A stretch of 9,605 nucleotides of DNA from a virus. Taxonomy: Duplodnaviria > Heunggongvirae > Uroviricota > Caudoviricetes. Each line of letters begins with the position of its first letter. Positions within the stretch are counted from its first letter, which is position 1. The translations under genes were made by a program, and so were the position numbers. The DNA is taken from IMG/VR virus record IMGVR_UViG_2706794696_000003. One strand, written 5' to 3'. Shown one piece after another: positions 1 to 6,416 of the stretch. Below the pieces are notes generated by a model. That model saw only the letters and a program-made list of their open reading frames with translations, ran no database searches and was not told the origin of the DNA.

Positions 1-189
1 ATCGCTCGCCACGGGAATATCTACGGCAGCAAGCCAGTAATGGGTTAAGTGATAACAGGTGTCTGGAAATATAGGGGCAAATCCAGCGTTCATCAGCCCC
101 CGCATTGCCGACAGGATCACAGACGGGGGGCGCAACTGGTTGTCGTTCAACTGGCCCAGCTACCGTTCTTGTATCAGAGGTGTGGCTGC

Positions 190-1581
190 ATGACAACACC
201 AGTCTGGCGTAATGATGACCTGGAAGGCGCTGTCATTGGCGCATTCTTTCTGCGTGGGGCAGATCATGAAGTGATGGATATTCTGATCACACTACCGGCG
301 GACATTTTTTCTGTACGAGCGTATCGGGATATCTACACAGGCATCTGCAGACAGGCCCGTGTTTCAGGAGTGATTGACCCCGTGCTGTTGTGTAATGAGA
401 TGCCGGAACTTGCCCCGGTGATTACTGATACCGGGCGTAAAACCTGGGTGAAGTCTTCACTGGAGCACTATGTTGCAGCGTTGCGGCGCAATGCCGCACT
501 GCGCGATGCAGAAAAAACACTGAATGAGGCGCTGCAGAAATTACGTGATGCGCATACCTGTGAAGCAGCTGAAGATGCCCTGAAGGATGCGCAGAACATG
601 ATGGTCACACTGTCGACAGGAAAGGGCGTCATTCAGCCGGTACATATTGATGATGTGCTTCCGGAAGTGGTTGAGCGTGTTGAATGCCGGAATCAGGGGC
701 TGGAGAAATCCAGGACGTTGATGACCGGTATTGATGAACTGGACGCAAAAACAGGCGGTATGGAGCCCGGAGACCTGGTATTCATTGCCGCCCGTCCTTC
801 GATGGGGAAAACCGAACTTGCGCTGGACATCATCGACAAGGTGACTGAGCAGGGGCATGGTGTGCTTCTGTTCACCATGGAGATGGCGAACATCCAGATT
901 GGTGAACGTATGGTGTCTGCGGCTGGAGGGATGCCAGTATCACGCCTGAAATCTGTGGCTCACTTTGAAGATGAAGACTGGGCGCGTTTCTCACAAGGGG
1001 TGGGGCGGATGACCGGGCGCAATATCTGGATGGTGGACCAGGCGAACCTGACCATTGATGAGATATGCGCAACAACGAAACACCATCTGATTAAACATCC
1101 GGAAACGGCGCTGGTGGTGGTTGATTATCTCGGGCTGATAAAAACCCGAACCACGGGGCGTCATGACCTTGCCGTGGGTGAAATCTCAAAGGGGCTTAAA
1201 GGCCTGGCAAAATCCGGTGGTTTTCCGTTGATTGCGCTGAGCCAGCTCTCCCGCGGTGTGGAGTCCAGACCCAATAAACGTCCCATGAACTCAGACCTGA
1301 AAAATTCCGGAGAAATAGAGGCGGATGCAGACATCATTCTGATGCTTTACAGGGATGAAGTGTACAACCCGGATACACAGGCTACAGGCATAGCAGAAAT
1401 TAATATCACGAAACAACGTAACGGTTCTCTGGGGACGATTTACCGGCGTTTTTATAACGGACATTTTCTGCCTGTGGACCAGGAAAGCGCACAGGTTCTT
1501 TCCACCCCAATGCGGCAGCCCCAGCCGCGCAGATACAGCAATACACGTACCGACAGCAGTAAGATGGAGCGTTTCTTTTGA
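190..1581 (+). CDS. DnaB-family replicative DNA helicase (phage P22 gp12-like)
   Basis: Walker A motif AARPSMGKT and a DnaB-like N-terminal motif (LEGAVIGAFFL) are present in the translation. ATG 190 is preceded by GAGGTG at 178-183. The ORF track starts at GTG 49, but the 47 extra N-terminal residues look non-coding, so the start is moved to 190. Confidence 0.85.
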   Translation: MTTPVWRNDDLEGAVIGAFFLRGADHEVMDILITLPADIFSVRAYRDIYTGICRQARVSGVIDPVLLCNEMPELAPVITDTGRKTWVKSSLEHYVAALRRNAALRDAEKTLNEALQKLRDAHTCEAAEDALKDAQNMMVTLSTGKGVIQPVHIDDVLPEVVERVECRNQGLEKSRTLMTGIDELDAKTGGMEPGDLVFIAARPSMGKTELALDIIDKVTEQGHGVLLFTMEMANIQIGERMVSAAGGMPVSRLKSVAHFEDEDWARFSQGVGRMTGRNIWMVDQANLTIDEICATTKHHLIKHPETALVVVDYLGLIKTRTTGRHDLAVGEISKGLKGLAKSGGFPLIALSQLSRGVESRPNKRPMNSDLKNSGEIEADADIILMLYRDEVYNPDTQATGIAEINITKQRNGSLGTIYRRFYNGHFLPVDQESAQVLSTPMRQPQPRRYSNTRTDSSKMERFF

Positions 1582-1592
1582 ACAACCAGACA

Positions 1593-1835
1593 ATGACTTT
1601 TACCTCTGAACAATTGCGTAAACACGCGCAGGAAATGTTGCGACAGGCGGAACAACTGGAAAAAACAGGTGTAACAAAAGATGCCATTCGTCGGGATATG
1701 GTGCCAGCGCTCAGGGAACTGATGCAGGCGAAACATCGCGCACAAAAAGCGGTGGATGAGCTCGTTGATTGTGTGGCAGAGCTGGAAACCAAAGTTGGAA
1801 AGTTTGAAAAAATGGTGCAGGAGGTGCTGCGCTGA
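1593..1835 (+). CDS. hypothetical small helical protein (nin-region ORF, 80 aa)
   Basis: ORF between helicase and rusA; its stop overlaps the rusA start (TGATG). The predicted protein is charged and helical, with no motif I recognise. Start taken at ATG 1593 rather than the TTG 1578 of the ORF track; the ribosome-binding site is weak. Confidence 0.5.
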   Translation: MTFTSEQLRKHAQEMLRQAEQLEKTGVTKDAIRRDMVPALRELMQAKHRAQKAVDELVDCVAELETKVGKFEKMVQEVLR

Positions 1836-2206
1836 TGCGCCATGAGTTTATTTTACCTTATCCGCCGACGGTGAATACTTACTGGCGACGTCGTGGCAGC
1901 ACATATTTTGTATCAAAAGTTGGTGAGCGTTATCGCCGTGATGTGACGCTAATTGTTCGCCAGCAGCGGCTGAAATTAAACCTGTCCGGAAGGCTGGCGA
2001 TAAAGATTATTGCAGAGCCACCGGATAAGCGCCGTCGTGACCTGGACAATATCCTGAAAGCACCACTGGATGCGCTGACGCATGCCGGACTACTCATAGA
2101 CGACGAGCAGTTTGATGAAATCAATATTGTGCGCGGTCAGCTCGTTCCTGGTGGGCGACTGGGCGTGAAGATTTATGAAATCACAGGTGATAACGATGGC
2201 GCGTGA
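1835..2206 (+). CDS. rusA: RusA-family Holliday junction resolvase
   Basis: 123 aa. N-terminus [12 protein letters not shown] and the motif RRRDLDN...DDEQ match the RusA family (acidic catalytic residues in a conserved layout). Sits in the nin region upstream of Q, as is typical. Confidence 0.9.
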   Translation: MRHEFILPYPPTVNTYWRRRGSTYFVSKVGERYRRDVTLIVRQQRLKLNLSGRLAIKIIAEPPDKRRRDLDNILKAPLDALTHAGLLIDDEQFDEINIVRGQLVPGGRLGVKIYEITGDNDGA

Positions 2207-2582
2207 TATTCAGCAGGTTATGGAACGGTGGGGGGCTTGGGCTGCAAACACTCATGAAGATGTATCCTGGGCGTCGATCGCTGCTGGTTTTAAAGGGTTA
2301 ATTCCGTCGAAAGTGAAATCACGCCCTCAGTGTTCTGATGATGATGCAATGATAATTTGTGGCTGTATGGCCCGGTTGAACAAGAAAAATCAGGATTTGC
2401 ACGATTTGCTGGTGGATTATTACGTAGGTGGAATGACTTTTATGAGTCTGGCACGGAAACATGGGTGTTCGGATACCTGTATTGGCAAGCGCCTGCAGAA
2501 AGCGGAAGGGGTTATTGATGGCATGTTGATGATGCTTGATATCCGGCTGGAGATGGACAGATACGTAGAACGAATTATGTAG
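2196..2582 (+). CDS. late-gene antitermination protein Q (QuuD-like)
   Basis: N-terminus [23 protein letters not shown] and the [10 protein letters not shown] motif resemble the DLP12 QuuD-type Q proteins as recalled. Start chosen at ATG 2196 (AGGTGA at 2183-2188, 7-nt spacing), overlapping the rusA end by 11 nt; ATG 2175 from the ORF track is possible. Confidence 0.85.
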   Translation: MARDIQQVMERWGAWAANTHEDVSWASIAAGFKGLIPSKVKSRPQCSDDDAMIICGCMARLNKKNQDLHDLLVDYYVGGMTFMSLARKHGCSDTCIGKRLQKAEGVIDGMLMMLDIRLEMDRYVERIM

Positions 2583-2586
2583 GTGC

Positions 2587-2616
2587 TTGACCAGACACAT
2601 TGTCCGGGGCTATATT
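2587..2616 (+). promoter_or_regulatory. candidate late promoter PR' (sigma70-like) directly after Q
   Basis: TTGACC at 2587-2592, 18-bp spacer, TATATT at 2611-2616, beginning 5 nt after the Q stop codon. Position and orientation match lambdoid PR'/qut organisation. Inferred from sequence pattern only. Confidence 0.5.
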
Positions 2617-2677
2617 CCTCACGCGCCAGCAAAATCTGGCGTCGGGATTGGAACCCCGGATAGAGACCGCGACAGAC

Positions 2678-2700
2678 ACACGCCGCGAGCGTGTTTTTTA
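2678..2700 (+). terminator. candidate intrinsic terminator (tR'-like)
   Basis: Hairpin ACACGC / GCGTGT with a 5-nt loop, followed by a T-run at 2695-2699, about 75 nt downstream of the predicted PR' start. Confidence 0.5.
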
Positions 2701-2827
2701 TTGTCGTATGCACGCGCACATCTGAATTATGGTGGGGCGCATGGGGGAGCTGAAAAGCTCGCCGGTCGGTTTCCCGGTAGTTCCAACCCTGTGCGTCTCA
2801 CCACCCGATGATTGGAACCTGACGGTG

Positions 2828-2856
2828 TTGACAGTTTCAGGTTTGCAGTTTACATT
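2828..2856 (+). promoter_or_regulatory. candidate sigma70 promoter for the cargo gene
   Basis: Consensus -35 TTGACA at 2828-2833, 17-bp spacer, -10 TACATT at 2851-2856, about 200 nt upstream of the ORF6N gene start. Confidence 0.4.
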
Positions 2857-2891
2857 TCCCCGCGGTGCTCAAAACACCTCGAAAGCGGTAT

Positions 2892-2919
2892 CCACACCCG
2901 ATAGCCATGTGGTTTTTTT
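2892..2919 (+). terminator. weak hairpin plus U-tract (possible attenuator or alternative tR')
   Basis: CCACA / TGTGG stem with an 11-nt loop followed by seven T (2913-2919). The stem is short, so confidence is low. Confidence 0.3.
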
Positions 2920-3062
2920 GTGTCCAGAATTCTTGGTTTATGACCGGGTGTGCGGCTAATACAATACCAGCAATGGAAATACGCCCGCCGACTTTCGACG
3001 GTTTTGAGCGCCCGGTCACCCTCTCAAAAGGGGTAAATCAAAATATTCGAAAGGACATGTCT

Positions 3063-3626
3063 ATGAATCGCACGTCTATTGAAAAACTCCCGTCACTTAC
3101 GCATAACCATCTTCCTGTCATGACAACAGAGCTGCTGGCTGATTTGTACGGAACAGAGCGCCAGCGTTTGACAAACAATTTCAATCGAAACAAAGAACGG
3201 TTTATAGAAGGTAAACATTTTTTCCTGATAGAAGGTGATGCGTTACGAGAGTTGAAGAACGAAAACTCTTTAAGAGTTTCTGTGAAAATTGCCCGTAACG
3301 TTCGCTCCCTCATCCTCTGGACAGAACGTGGCGCAGCCCGTCACGCCAAAATGCTCGAAACCGATCAGGCGTGGGAAGTGTTCGAAAAACTGGAAGACTG
3401 TTATTTCAACCAGAAACAGCCACCAGCGGCACAAAACACATCTATCGAAAATGATGGATGCGCATTACTGAGCCACTTCGATAAACACGGTCAGGTTGAG
3501 TTCACGGAAAAGGTACCCGCCGATGCGATGGTATGTACTCTGGAACGGTTTAAATTTTATCTGGAGCAACACGGGTGGATCGTTGCCCGTAAAGAGCAAC
3601 TGGTGGAGCGGTTGATGCGGTTTTAA
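3063..3626 (+). CDS. ORF6N-domain protein (antirepressor/Rha-like N-terminal domain, uncharacterised C-terminus)
   Basis: 187 aa from ATG 3063 (AAGGA at 3051-3055, 7-nt spacing). The segment ELLADLYGTERQRLTNNFNRNKERFIEG...LILWTERGAARHAKML matches the ORF6N domain pattern as recalled. The longer ORF-track start at 2865 is rejected because it begins inside the predicted promoter and has odd composition. Confidence 0.8.
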   Translation: MNRTSIEKLPSLTHNHLPVMTTELLADLYGTERQRLTNNFNRNKERFIEGKHFFLIEGDALRELKNENSLRVSVKIARNVRSLILWTERGAARHAKMLETDQAWEVFEKLEDCYFNQKQPPAAQNTSIENDGCALLSHFDKHGQVEFTEKVPADAMVCTLERFKFYLEQHGWIVARKEQLVERLMRF

Positions 3627-3701
3627 AAATTTTTTCCGAAAACTTTACGATCGTAAAAAGTTGAATATCCTGTTAAGAGTGGTTACTACGCCACACAGCT
3701 T

Positions 3702-3727
3702 AAACCCGCCGATGAGCGGGTTTTTTT
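3702..3727 (+). terminator. intrinsic terminator after the cargo gene
   Basis: AAACCCGC / GCGGGTTT stem with a CGATGA loop, followed by seven T (3721-3727). Confidence 0.7.
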
Positions 3728-3777
3728 ATACCTGAAAAACGGCACAGGACGTTAAACGTGCTGGTGGTCAGATGAGT

Positions 3778-3806
3778 TTGCAGATGTGATGACATATGGT
3801 TATTAT
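3778..3806 (+). promoter_or_regulatory. candidate promoter of the tRNA array
   Basis: TTGCAG at 3778-3783, 17-bp spacer, TATTAT at 3801-3806, then a GC-rich discriminator (TCTGCCTCC) just before the mature 5' end of the first tRNA at 3816, as seen in stable-RNA promoters. Confidence 0.35.
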
Positions 3807-3815
3807 TCTGCCTCC

Positions 3816-3892
3816 GGCCCTTTAGCTCAGTTGGTCAGAGCGAGCGACTCATAATCGCCAGGTCGCTGGTTCAAGTCCAGCAAGGGCCACCA
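3816..3892 (+). tRNA. tRNA-Ile2 type (genomic anticodon CAT, ileX/ileZ-like)
   Basis: 77 nt. Cloverleaf folded by hand: acceptor GGCCCTT / AAGGGCC, anticodon loop CTCATAA, T-loop TTCAAGT, 3' CCA encoded. Overall sequence resembles the lysidine-modified Ile2 tRNA, not elongator Met. Confidence 0.8.
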
Positions 3893-3893
3893 A

Positions 3894-3970
3894 CCACCAC
3901 TAGCTCATCCGGATAGAGCATCAACCTTCTAAGTTGACGGTGCGAGGTTCGAGTCCTCGGTGGTGGGCCA
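3894..3970 (+). tRNA. tRNA-Arg (anticodon TCT, reads AGA)
   Basis: 77 nt. Acceptor CCACCAC / GTGGTGG, D-stem GCTC/GAGC, anticodon stem TCAAC/GTTGA with loop CTTCTAA, T-arm CGAGG-TTCGAGT-CCTCG, 3' GCCA. Begins 1 nt after the previous tRNA. Confidence 0.85.
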
Positions 3971-3972
3971 GC

Positions 3973-4048
<76 letters not shown>

Positions 4049-4051
4049 TAT

Positions 4052-4126
<75 letters not shown>

Positions 4127-4254
4127 GCGAGATTTGAGACGAAGGTTGTTATTTGCACTGACACAATATTGTGTGGGAATGTCTGACTCCTTACCATCTC
4201 CTGTTCTGTGATGTTGTTTTGTTGCAGTTCCAGTGCTCTTTTTTCAGCACCAGA

Positions 4255-4449
4255 ATGGTGCATTGTCNNNNNNNNNNNNNNNNNNNNNNNNNNNNNNNNN
4301 NNNNNNNNNNNNNNNNNNNNNNNNNNNNNNNNNNNNNNNNNNNNNNNATTGGTGTGCTGGGAAGTCTGCTTCTGGGGCTTCTGACTTATCTGACAAATCT
4401 GTATTTCAAAATAAGAGAAGACAAGCGTAAGGCTGCGAGAGGTGAATAA
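4255..4449 (+). CDS. S: class II holin / pinholin (phage 21 S-like), interrupted by an N-run
   Basis: The post-gap segment 4348-4449 encodes [33 protein letters not shown], matching the C-terminal half of the phage 21 S pinholin as recalled; its stop overlaps the endolysin start (TAATG). The N-terminal part lies in or before the N-run. ATG 4255 is in frame only if the gap length is exact, so the start is provisional. Confidence 0.55.
   Translation: MVHCXXXXXXXXXXXXXXXXXXXXXXXXXXXIGVLGSLLLGLLTYLTNLYFKIREDKRKAARGE
4268..4347. other. run of 80 N (assembly gap or masked bases)
   Basis: Directly visible in the sequence. It falls inside the holin coding region. Confidence 0.99.
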
Positions 4450-4946
4450 TGTCGCCATCATTACGCAAGGCTGTTGCAGCTGCTATTGGTGGTGGGGCTG
4501 TTGCTATAGCATCTGTGTTAATCACTGGCCCAGGTGGTAACGATGGTCTGGAAGGTGTCAGCTACATACCATACAAAGATATCATTGGTGTATGGACTGT
4601 ATGTCACGGACACACCGGAAAAGACATCATGCTCGGTAAAACGTATACCGAAGCAGAATGCAAAGCCCTCCTGAATAAAGACCTTGCCACTGTCGCCAGA
4701 CAAATTAACCCGTACATCAAAGTCGATATACCGGAAACAACGCGCGGCGCTCTTTACTCGTTCGTTTACAACGTGGGCGCTGGCAATTTCAGAACATCGA
4801 CGCTTCTTCGCAAAATAAACCAGGGCGATATCAAAGGCGCATGTGACCAGCTACGTCGCTGGACATATGCTGGCGGTAAGCAATGGAAAGGGCTGATGAC
4901 CCGTCGTGAGATTGAGCGTGAAGTCTGTTTGTGGGGGCAGCAATGA
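4449..4946 (+). CDS. R: SAR endolysin (phage 21 R-like lysozyme with N-terminal signal-anchor-release domain)
   Basis: 165 aa. Hydrophobic Gly/Ala-rich N-terminus ([20 protein letters not shown]) followed by a lysozyme-like domain; near-identical to the phage 21 endolysin as recalled. Coupled to the holin (TAATG) and to Rz (ATGA). Confidence 0.9.
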   Translation: MSPSLRKAVAAAIGGGAVAIASVLITGPGGNDGLEGVSYIPYKDIIGVWTVCHGHTGKDIMLGKTYTEAECKALLNKDLATVARQINPYIKVDIPETTRGALYSFVYNVGAGNFRTSTLLRKINQGDIKGACDQLRRWTYAGGKQWKGLMTRREIEREVCLWGQQ

Positions 4947-5407
4947 GCAGAGTCACCGCGATTATCTCCGCTCTGGTTATCTGCATCATCGTCTGCCTGT
5001 CATGGGCTGTTAATCATTACCGTGATAACGCCATTACCTACAAAGAGCAGCGCGACAAAAACGCAAGAGAACTGAAGCTGGCGAACGCAACCATTACTGA
5101 CATGCAGCAGAGACAGCGTGATGTTAATGCACTCGATGCTAAATACACGAAGGAGTTAGCTGATGCGAAAGCTGAAAATGAAACTCTGCGCGCTGATGTT
5201 GCCGCTGGTCGTCGTCGGTTGCACATCAAAGCAGTCTGTCAGTCAGTGCGTGAAGCCACCACCGCCTCCGGCGTGGATAATGCAACCAGCCCCCGACTGG
5301 CAGACACCGCTGAACGGGATTATTTCACCCTCAGAGAGCGGCTGATGACGATGCAGATGCAACTGGAAGGGGCACAGGAGTATATCCGCACTCAGTGCAT
5401 TAAGTAG
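4943..5407 (+). CDS. Rz: Rz i-spanin (inner-membrane spanin subunit)
   Basis: 154 aa. N-terminal transmembrane helix ([18 protein letters not shown]) followed by a coiled-coil periplasmic domain; very similar to lambda Rz as recalled. Start ATG 4943 overlaps the endolysin stop. Confidence 0.9.
   Translation: MSRVTAIISALVICIIVCLSWAVNHYRDNAITYKEQRDKNARELKLANATITDMQQRQRDVNALDAKYTKELADAKAENETLRADVAAGRRRLHIKAVCQSVREATTASGVDNATSPRLADTAERDYFTLRERLMTMQMQLEGAQEYIRTQCIK
5163..5345 (+). CDS. Rz1: Rz1 o-spanin (outer-membrane lipoprotein), embedded in Rz in the +1 frame
   Basis: 60 aa. Lipobox LVVVGC followed by a proline-rich segment (PPPPPAW); lies entirely within Rz in a different frame, the classical embedded-spanin arrangement. 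Confidence 0.85.
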   Translation: MRKLKMKLCALMLPLVVVGCTSKQSVSQCVKPPPPPAWIMQPAPDWQTPLNGIISPSESG

Positions 5408-5449
5408 CCTTTTTATCGTGGTAAACATTTCGCAGGGTATGAGGTATTT

Positions 5450-5800
5450 ATGCCATCACTAATCCCACGTGCCTGCCGTAAGCGTGGATGTGCAGGTACA
5501 ACCACAGACAGTTCGGGTTACTGCGATAAACATCGCGGTGAAGGCTGGGTGCAGCACCAGCGCGGACTGAGCCGCCACCAGCGTGGCTATGGCTCAAAAT
5601 GGACGGTGATTCGTGCCCGTATTCTGAAGCGCGATAAAGGTCTGTGTCAGTTGTGTCTGCGTGTCGGTGTGGTGAGCGAGGCGAAAACCGTCGACCACAT
5701 CATCCCGAAAGCGCATGGCGGAACAGACGCAGACAGCAACCTGCAGAGTCTGTGCTGGCCCTGCCATAAAGCGAAAACAGCGCGCGAACGAATCCGGTGA
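5450..5800 (+). CDS. HNH endonuclease (packaging-associated, HK97 gp74-like)
   Basis: 116 aa. Cys-rich zinc-binding pairs (CRKRGC, CDKH, CQLC, CWPCH) and the HNH motif (DHIIPKAHGG...N). GAGGT ribosome-binding site 4 nt upstream. Located immediately upstream of the terminase genes. Confidence 0.9.
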   Translation: MPSLIPRACRKRGCAGTTTDSSGYCDKHRGEGWVQHQRGLSRHQRGYGSKWTVIRARILKRDKGLCQLCLRVGVVSEAKTVDHIIPKAHGGTDADSNLQSLCWPCHKAKTARERIR

Positions 5801-5818
5801 TAATTATTCTCACTTGTA

Positions 5819-5880
5819 GGGAGGGGCGGGGCAAATCCCTGTGACCTGACGTCTTCCGGACTGCCCGCCCCATCGTTTTT
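5819..5880. other. G-rich inverted repeat between HNH and terminase small subunit; candidate cos/packaging site or terminator
   Basis: GGGGCGGG at 5822-5829 pairs with CCCGCCCC at 5864-5871 across about 34 nt, followed by a T-run at 5876-5882. The G-rich motif is reminiscent of lambdoid cohesive-end sequences. Functional assignment is inference. Confidence 0.3.
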
Positions 5881-5921
5881 TTATACCCGCGAAAAATGAA
5901 ATTTAACCAGGAGTGCCGCAT

Positions 5922-6416
5922 ATGGCTGGAACGGCGGGGCGTTCCGGGCGTCGCCCCAAGCCAACGGCGCGCAAGGCGCTGGCCGGAAACCCCGGCAAGC
6001 GAGCCCTGAACAAAGATGAACCTGTTTTTACGCCCATCAAAGGTGTTGAGCCACCAGAGTGGTTCGCTGAAGAAGATCTCCCTCTCGCCACGATCATGTG
6101 GCAACTGACAACCAAAGAACTCTGCGGTCAGGGCCTGCTGTGCGTGACTGACCTGGCGGTACTTGAGCGGTGGTGCGTGGCCTATGAGTTCTGGCGACGT
6201 GCCGTGAAAAATATTGCCATACAGGGCAACACCATCACCGGTGCAATGGGCGGCAGGGTCAAAAATCCGGAGCTGACCGCCAAAAAAGAACAGGAGTCCG
6301 AGATGAGCAGCACGGGGGCAATGCTCGGACTCGACCCCAGCAGCCGCCAGCGTCTGATTGGCCTGGCGGGGCAGAAGAAAGCCACTAACCCGTTTCTGAA
6401 AATTATCGAATCATGA
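5922..6416 (+). CDS. terminase small subunit (P27 family)
   Basis: 164 aa. N-terminus [27 protein letters not shown] is typical of P27-family small terminases. AGGAG at 5909-5913, 8 nt before ATG 5922 (ORF track used GTG 5913). Stop overlaps the large-subunit start (ATGA). Confidence 0.85.
   Translation: MAGTAGRSGRRPKPTARKALAGNPGKRALNKDEPVFTPIKGVEPPEWFAEEDLPLATIMWQLTTKELCGQGLLCVTDLAVLERWCVAYEFWRRAVKNIAIQGNTITGAMGGRVKNPELTAKKEQESEMSSTGAMLGLDPSSRQRLIGLAGQKKATNPFLKIIES

Noticed and set aside
133-155. Direct 7-nt repeat CAACTGG (two copies) as replication-origin iterons
   Set aside because: Only two short copies; lambdoid origins normally lie inside the initiator gene upstream of this window.
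49-189. N-terminal extension of the helicase from GTG 49, as in the ORF track
   Set aside because: The extra 47 residues are rich in W, H, C and R and lack the DnaB N-terminal pattern, which begins just after ATG 190; that ATG has a ribosome-binding site.
541-1843. Minus-strand ORFs inside the helicase gene (541-858, 693-893, 872-1075, 1291-1593, 1406-1843, 1452-1745)
   Set aside because: Shadow ORFs on the antisense strand of a well-supported gene, with no ribosome-binding sites and low-complexity translations.
2587-2959. ORFs 2587-2811 and 2729-2959 in the region between Q and the cargo gene
   Set aside because: No ribosome-binding sites, low-complexity Gly/Pro/Arg-rich translations, and they overlap the predicted promoter and terminator elements; treated as non-coding regulatory sequence.
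2865-3062. Long N-terminal extension of the ORF6N gene starting at GTG 2865
   Set aside because: It would start inside the predicted promoter, has atypical composition, and ATG 3063 has a well-spaced AAGGA ribosome-binding site with the ORF6N domain beginning shortly after.
4171-4267. Upstream part of ORF 4171-4449 (MWECLTPYHLLFCDVVLLQFQ...) as the holin N-terminus
   Set aside because: The composition is not holin-like and the reading frame across the N-run is arbitrary because the gap length is unknown.
4268-4347. N-run as a repeat or CRISPR-like feature
   Set aside because: It is a block of undetermined bases, not sequence; no direct-repeat and spacer architecture occurs anywhere in the window.
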